Shown piece by piece: positions 58,107 through 64,000 of a stretch of 64,000 bases of DNA. Position 1 is the first letter of the stretch. Each line of letters starts with the position of its first letter. This DNA comes from Azolla caroliniana (taxonomy: Eukaryota; Plantae; Polypodiophyta). The stretch covers positions 16,616,001-16,680,000 of the forward strand of contig JBHGNT010000007.1 of NCBI GenBank assembly GCA_043228905.1, read 5' to 3'. The notes beneath the pieces were generated by a model. The model saw only the letters and a list, made by a program, of their open reading frames with translations, was not told where the DNA came from and made no database searches. The position numbers and the translations under genes were made by a program.

Positions 58107-59489
58107 AGATGTCGAGGTATTCCTCGCAGATGCGTGGAATGAGGCGGGACCTCGGGGGTCTTGTACCGAAGAGCAAGAGAGAAAGGAGAAGGGAAGAGAC
58201 CCACTAGGTGCGAGCGTAGATCCACAGGGACACGGCCCTTCGACACGAAGACGGGAGCGGGAAACCAACACAGAGAGACACGAAGGTATGTATCTATATA
58301 TTAACAGAGACAAACAACAAGAAGCACGAAGTCGGTTACAACCGAACAGGCCGGCGAACAGATGCTGATGCTTGTTCGCAAACGCTCAGAAAGAAAGGAG
58401 TAGGTTGGAGGTGCTGTCGGAAGCACTCGGGCATTCCTCAGAGCAGTGCGAGCCTCACGAAACCTGCACAGAAAGAAGCTACGGAGTATGGAAGAGAGAG
58501 AAGCCTTCGACCGACAACCCGACAACACTTCGTCCTCTCTGATTCCGCGATTCCCCCCCCCTTCCTCGTCTCCGTCCTTTTTATAGGCAAGGAAGGAGCC
58601 GTTTCCCAATAACTTCCTACCTACCGAATCTACCTACCTAGGATCTTCTATGTACCTAATTCTCTCTTATGTACAACATAAGACGTTCGTGCATGAAGAG
58701 TCGGTTCCTACGCTACGGTGCACCGATTCCGCTTGTGGACGGTTTTCTTCACGACAACAGTATATTCTAGACGGGTATATTCTAGAGAAATTTCTCGAGC
58801 ATATTCTAGAGATATCCAATCTCGGAACTTGTATAAATACTTATAACCTCCTTGGTCCCTATCAAGGGATTTGACGCTAGTCATTGACACATCAATCTAG
58901 TATTCTCATTTTGCCCCATCTTGTCTCCTCAATCTTCCTCTCTGTCTTCATGCTCGTGTCCTTCCTAGCTTCTTAAGTTCCACGCTCTTAGCCCCATCAT
59001 CCGTGCTCCGTCCCCGTCCGCGGTTGGTGTGTTCGTCACAGTTTGAATCCCTTCCAACTAAAAGCATCACCCATCTTTTTCATTGCCCTTGCTTCTAGAT
59101 TTACCATCGTCAGAATCCTTGCTTCCAGAATTACCGTCATCAACATCCTTGGTTTTGGAGAACCTTCCTCATCATCGTCGTCTTTGTTGCCTTGCCTTCG
59201 ACATCATCATTTTTGCAGCTCTTGTTGTCTTCATCAAATGCTACTTTGCCCAACCTTCATTGTCATCAACACTACTTTGCATGGATTGATTTCAATCACT
59301 CACATTCACAGTTCCAGTGGGGGTTACAACCACTCACTTTCTTGGTGCGGATCAAATCATTGCTCATTTGCACTCCATTTTCATTTCGGTTCAAGTTTCA
59401 CTCCACTTTCCTTTGGCGAGGGTCGATTTTGATCGCTCACATGATAGAAGAAGTCGAGTCACCTGCTTCACCTGCACTCTTTCTCCCGT

Positions 59490-59622
59490 TGTTGTTCTAA
59501 TTCCCGGTGAGGACCGCATATGGTGACTCACACCCGTTCGTGTTCCAGTTCCAATTCCCGGTGAGGGCCACACATGGTCGCTCATCTCCGTTAGTGTTCC
59601 AATTCTCTATGAGGACCGCATG
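59490..59622. repeat. About 50-bp tandem repeat (3 units)
   Basis: gttc.aattcccggtgagg.cc.ca.atggt..ctca recurring. Confidence 0.65.
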
Positions 59623-61218
59623 TGTTAGAGCTAGCTACTAATGTAAGCATGAGATAATGATATAATAAATATAAAATAAAAAAGGAGAGAGAGAAAGAAA
59701 GGTGCCAATCCACCCGACCAGCCTTGAGCGGAGGGATCGAGACAAACTTGAGCCTCAATCGGCGTGCCATACCACCGTTGTGGCGTCAAGTCGTACCTGG
59801 TGCTGGCGTGCACGCTTCAAGAGTTGAACCACTACAATGACGGAGTCTCGACGTAGTCGATAATGTATCAAATGAGCATAGCTAGGCCTCATTTTTTATA
59901 ACCAAAACAAAGGCCCCCAAGCAAGTTCACACTTGGCCTAATGGGTTGTCCCAATCCCAAGGATTAAAAGTAATCATTTCCTTCTTTACACTCTCATTTA
60001 ACCCTCACACTTTATCCATGTGTATAGAATACTACGGTAAAACTTACCATGGGATATGGTCATGTCGGTAAAATACTCCCCGGGCTCTTTAAAATATTGC
60101 AGTCCGGCAATATTAAGTTAGGGAAGTTAGTTCTAAGAGTATTTTCGCGTTCCCATGTGGCATCTTCGATAGATTTTTCCAGCCATTTATTTTTAAATTC
60201 TCGGATTATTTTAGAACGAAATGTTTTGTTTTGAACATTGAGAATTCTTTCTGGTACATGTGGTTTAGAAGAAAATTCTTCAGAAGTAACCAGAGTTTCT
60301 TTTGTGACTGTATTGTGGCCAGAACCAAGAAGTTCTTTTAGACGACTTACATGAAAAACTGGATGGATTTCAACATCATCAAGAAGAGCGAGATGAAGTT
60401 GATGAACCAATGCGTTTGAGGATTGTAAAAGGTCCACAAAACCATGGGGCTAACTTTGCGCACTTACCCGTAGACAATGTCTTAGAATTGTGAGGTACAC
60501 ATAAAAATACCTTTCTGTCCAAGTTTGAATACACGAGGTTGCGCACTTACCCGTAGACAATGTCTTAGAATTGTGAGGTACACGTAAAAATACCTTCTGT
60601 CCAGGGTTGAATACACGAGGTTGCTTATTATGATCGGCATAAAAACGCGCTCTATCTTGAGCTGTTTTTATATGATCTCGTGCAATATGCAACATATCTT
60701 GCATATCTCGAAGAAAGTTTTGCGTACTTCACAACTCATCATGATGTATATTAACATTAATCAAGGCTCATGGCTGAAAACCATACATCAACATAAAAGG
60801 ACTATATCTCGTGGAGCTCATGCTCAATGTAGTTTCTAACTTCTTAAATACTTGTGTCCAAAAGTCGTTAGTAAACTTTGGATCTCGATCACTCATGATA
60901 TCCATCGGTAACCCATAAAAACGAAATAACTCACAAATTGGTAAGCCAATTTAGGAGCTATTACCGTGATTTTAGTAGCCATAAATCTAGTCAGTTTAGT
61001 TATTCTATCAACCACAACCCAGATGACATCATGACCTTTTTGGGTGTGAGGAAGACTAACAATAAAATCCATGCATATACTTTCCCACTTATTGTTGGGA
61101 ATTTCCAAGGGATGTAAAAGTCCAATGGCTTTAAGTCACTCGGGTTTGTTAACCTGACATTGATGACATTTAGTCACATAGTTATGTATGCCAGGACGCA
61201 TCTTAGGCCAATAGAACT
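59623..61218 (-). mobile_element. T-family chromovirus T3: 3' LTR (59623-60073) and integrase-chromodomain remnant, interrupted by H2
   Basis: Alignable to 10802-12470; internal tandem duplication at about 60458-60622; about 150-bp deletion at about 60810. Confidence 0.88.
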
Positions 61219-61505
61219 TGTCGTGACTCTTGAGTAGGAAGCAGAGAGAGAGAGATGGCGATAGAGATAACGATAACGATAGAGATGGCGAGAGCGGTAG
61301 AGATAGCGATAGCGATAGCAAAAGAGAGTGAAAGAGGGAGAGAGTGCGAGAGAGAGAAAAGTATAAGTGAGAGATAAGAAATGGGAATGCGATTATATTA
61401 TGAGAAAGAAGATTACAAGGAGTAGGCTAAGGGCTAAAGACTGGTGTTGAACCGAATGAGTTGTGATGAGTGTATGGACTCTTATTTATAGGCCCTTATG
61501 GAGTA

Positions 61506-61606
61506 TTCTAGAATGTTCTAGAATATTTTAGATATTTATGAATAATAATAATAATAAATATAATCATGAAATATTCAAGAACATTCTAGAATAATCTAGA
61601 ATGTTC
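61506..61606. promoter_or_regulatory. Heat-shock element arrays in H2 U3
   Basis: TTCTAGAATGTTCTAGAA (61506-61523) and alternating nTTCn/nGAAn units (61574-61606) just upstream of the minus-strand TATA at 61482-61490. Confidence 0.7.
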
Positions 61607-61759
61607 TAAATATCTCGCCATAACTAAACATATAATTATTATGATTACATCTCACATATGTTATTACAATGGTTAAAGTACAATATGTAAACCAAGAGGT
61701 TATGGGTTCGATTCCTGGTTTGCCAAGATGAATGTCATGATAACCCAAGATGTATGTCT

Positions 61760-64000
61760 TCATGACATTATCCCCCCTTTTCGATGACGAGTTGCACGAG
61801 TCGGAAGAAAAGAGTTCAGACTTGGTTTATGAGGATATTGGTTGTGAAATGCAACAACCATGTCGGAGGCATTGGCAAGATGTTCGGCAGGCTCCCATGT
61901 TCGATCATTAGGTGTATAGCCTAACCAATCAACCAAGTAGTATAGTTTGTTGCGAATGATCTTGGAGTCGAGGATAGCGGCAACCTCATATTCAGAGCAA
62001 TTGGAAACGTCAATTGGAGGTGGGGGAGGTGTAACACGACCCGGAATAGAGCTCGTTGTGTAGGGCTCCAAAAGTGAAACATGGAAGACCGGGTGAAGAC
62101 GCATATGAGGAGGAAGATCAAGACGAAATGTCACATCATTGATCTTACCACTTATGACATATGGGCCAAAACGTTGATAATCCAATTTGTAGCAAGGTCG
62201 GGTCGTTTTAATGCTACCTTGTAAGAGCCATACACGATCGCCTACTTGAAATGTAGTCGATGAATCACGCCGATGACGGTCAGCAATCTTCTTTTGAGTG
62301 TTTTGGGCTTCACATAAATGATGCAAAAGCATATCCTGAACTTCTTGGAGTCGAGTGAGCCGATCTTCAGCAGCTGGGTTTTTTGGGAGTTCAGGATGTT
62401 CAAGCATCGTCCAACGAGGATGGTACCCAATGTTTGCGAAAAATGGGGAATATCCAGTAGAAGAATGCTCGGAGTTGTTATAAGCAAATTCTGCCAAAGG
62501 TAGTAAATCCACCCAATCATCTTGTTGATAGTTGACAAAACAACGTAGATATTGCTCGACTGTTTGGTTGGTGCGCTCACTCTGCCCATTAGTCTCTGGA
62601 TGGTAGCCGGAAGAGAGTTTACAAGAAGTATGTAAGAGTTTGAACATGTGCCGCCAAAATTTCGAGATGAATTGGGGACCCCGATCACTGATAATATCAT
62701 CCGGAAGACCATGATGGCGAAACACCTCCCGCATGAGTAAATCAGCTGTCTCTTGACTAGTAATGGTCTTTGTGCATGGAAGGAAATGTGCCATCTTCGT
62801 AAAACGATCGACAACCGTGAGAATCGAATCAAATCCCTTGGAAGGTGGAAGATCCGTAATAAAGTCCAAGGAAATAGATTTCCATGGGCTCTCCGGAATA
62901 GGCATGGGCTGTAATAAGCCACATGGATGATGTCGAGGCTTTTTTGATCGACAACATGTATCACAGCTACGAACATAATCCGTAACAAAATGGCGAAGCC
63001 GTGGCCACCAATATCGGCGAGAAATCAACTCAAAAGTCTTGTGGATGCCGAAGTGTCCCGCCATTGGTGTGTCATGACATTGTTGCATGACTTTGAGTCG
63101 AGAAGGACCGTCAGGCACATACAAGAGAGTTTGTCGAAAAAGTAACCCATCATGCCAACTAAACTGGGTGTAGTCTAGACGAGGATTTTGAGTTTGGGAG
63201 CTAGATGCACGATTTGGGATAATATGGCTCAAAACCTCTTGGGCGAACGCATCAGTCGCAATCTGCTCACGAATGGAATCAAGAAGCCTTGAATCTCCCG
63301 GTGTGTTGATAGTATGCATTGCCATTATTCGTAGACGATCAGGACCTAAGAGGATTTGCTTTTGGCTTTCAAATGCGGCCTCTCCAGGTTGAAGTTCCAT
63401 ATACGAACGTCTAGATAAAGCATCTGCTTTTCCTTGTTGCATCCCAGGGCGATATAGAATTACAAAATCGAAACGAGTTAAGAACTGCGCCCAACGAGCT
63501 TGTCGTCGATTCAAGACTCGAGCACTTTGAAAGTATGTTAGATTTTTATGATCATTGTAGACAATAATCTGCTGAGAAGAACCCTCTAGAAAATGACGCC
63601 ATTGTTGAAAAGAATCCACAATGGCAAGAAGCTCTTTGTCGTGAATCTCATAGTTGATTTCTGCGGCTTCAAATTTTCGTGAGTGAAAAGCCACCGGGTG
63701 CAGTTCACCATCATCACCAATTTGGGATAGTACACTTCCGAGTGCGAAATCCGATGCATCAGCTTCAAGTATAAAGCGCCTCATTGGATCGACATGGATT
63801 AAGATTGGTGCGGATGTAAATGCTTGCTTTAAACCCTCAAATGCAGAGTTCGCATCTATACTCCATACAAATGATCGATTCTTGTGCGTCAGTTGAGTGA
63901 GGGGCAACACAATTTTTGAATAATCTTTGATGAACTTGCGATAAAAGTTTGCGAACCCCAAAAAACATTGCACATCTCGCACGGACTGTGGTGTTTGCCA
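61760..64000 (-). CDS. H2 pol (RT end, RNase H, integrase, canonical chromodomain), partial
   Basis: At least 740 aa uninterrupted; DASDFALG, HDTPMAGH..CDTC, SDRGPQF and EYEVAAILDS...YLVDWLGY..RTWEP motifs. Confidence 0.92.
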   Translation of the reverse strand, partial: WQTPQSVRDVQCFLGFANFYRKFIKDYSKIVLPLTQLTHKNRSFVWSIDANSAFEGLKQAFTSAPILIHVDPMRRFILEADASDFALGSVLSQIGDDGELHPVAFHSRKFEAAEINYEIHDKELLAIVDSFQQWRHFLEGSSQQIIVYNDHKNLTYFQSARVLNRRQARWAQFLTRFDFVILYRPGMQQGKADALSRRSYMELQPGEAAFESQKQILLGPDRLRIMAMHTINTPGDSRLLDSIREQIATDAFAQEVLSHIIPNRASSSQTQNPRLDYTQFSWHDGLLFRQTLLYVPDGPSRLKVMQQCHDTPMAGHFGIHKTFELISRRYWWPRLRHFVTDYVRSCDTCCRSKKPRHHPCGLLQPMPIPESPWKSISLDFITDLPPSKGFDSILTVVDRFTKMAHFLPCTKTITSQETADLLMREVFRHHGLPDDIISDRGPQFISKFWRHMFKLLHTSCKLSSGYHPETNGQSERTNQTVEQYLRCFVNYQQDDWVDLLPLAEFAYNNSEHSSTGYSPFFANIGYHPRWTMLEHPELPKNPAAEDRLTRLQEVQDMLLHHLCEAQNTQKKIADRHRRDSSTTFQVGDRVWLLQGSIKTTRPCYKLDYQRFGPYVISGKINDVTFRLDLPPHMRLHPVFHVSLLEPYTTSSIPGRVTPPPPPIDVSNCSEYEVAAILDSKIIRNKLYYLVDWLGYTPNDRTWEPAEHLANASDMVVAFHNQYPHKPSLNSFLPTRATRHRKGGIMS

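Larger units (their letters stand above)
51734..58756 (-). mobile_element. Full-length Ty3/gypsy element G3 (Trp-primed, 4-bp TSD), GC-rich subfamily
   Basis: 647-bp LTRs at 51734-52380 and 58110-58756 (about 14 differences); TSD acgg/acag; PBS 58089-58106; PPT 52381-52392. Confidence 0.95.
51544..59622 (+). mobile_element. Self-priming LTR element H3: 5' LTR (about 51544/51552-59040, split by G3) and decayed internal start
   Basis: TATAAATA at 58832; LTR end gtcaca at 59040; PBS 59043-59053 complementary to 58864-58874; HSE-like TATTCTAG repeats on both sides of G3. Confidence 0.65.
61219..64000 (-). mobile_element. Tcn1-like chromovirus H2, 3' part (3' LTR 61219-61767, PPT 61771-61781)
   Basis: TG...CA LTR sharing the ttgaaccgaat R-start motif with H1; intact pol ORF. 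Confidence 0.9.

Noticed and set aside
54110-58142. Many plus-strand ORFs antisense to G3 (up to 224 aa), and similar ones over the copia copies
   Set aside because: Shadow ORFs of GC-rich coding sequence; no motifs and not conserved in AT-rich G2.
58067-58246. N-terminal extension of G3 gag starting in the LTR and reading through the PBS
   Set aside because: The equivalent frame in G2 has a TGA within the PBS; likely a chance open frame in GC-rich DNA.
59043-59500. gag of H3
   Set aside because: Pyrimidine-rich low-complexity ORFs with no gag motif that I can recognise.
61243-61360. Leu/Ser-repeat ORF (61136-61321)
   Set aside because: Translation of a GA/AGCGAT microsatellite in the H2 LTR running into T3 integrase.

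Overview
Repeat-dominated land-plant genomic window. A non-seed plant such as a fern is inferred from the Tcn1-like self-priming chromoviruses; this is not proven. About 80% is nested LTR retrotransposons. These include two Tnt1-like Ty1/copia copies, four copies or fragments of an unusual tRNA-Trp-primed Ty3/gypsy family with 4-bp TSDs (G1-G4), three copies of an iMet-primed chromovirus group (T1-T3) and three self-priming Tcn1/Tf1-like elements (H1-H3). There are also L1-type LINE remnants, a solo LTR, and a two-gene island (FAS1-domain gene and F-box gene, convergent, 38.6-41.6 kb). The most notable signals are RNA-level. (1) A -1 frameshift cassette (G_GAU_UUU_UAG plus a predicted pseudoknot with constant spacing) sits between protease and RT in all three long G copies. 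(2) tRNA-like A/B-box cloverleaf modules face outward in the U3 of several unrelated LTRs. (3) A ~150-nt structured element with compensatory changes is shared by the leaders of two diverged chromoviruses. (4) Two families have 11-nt self-priming PBSs with different primer sequences. All alignments and mismatch counts were done by eye.
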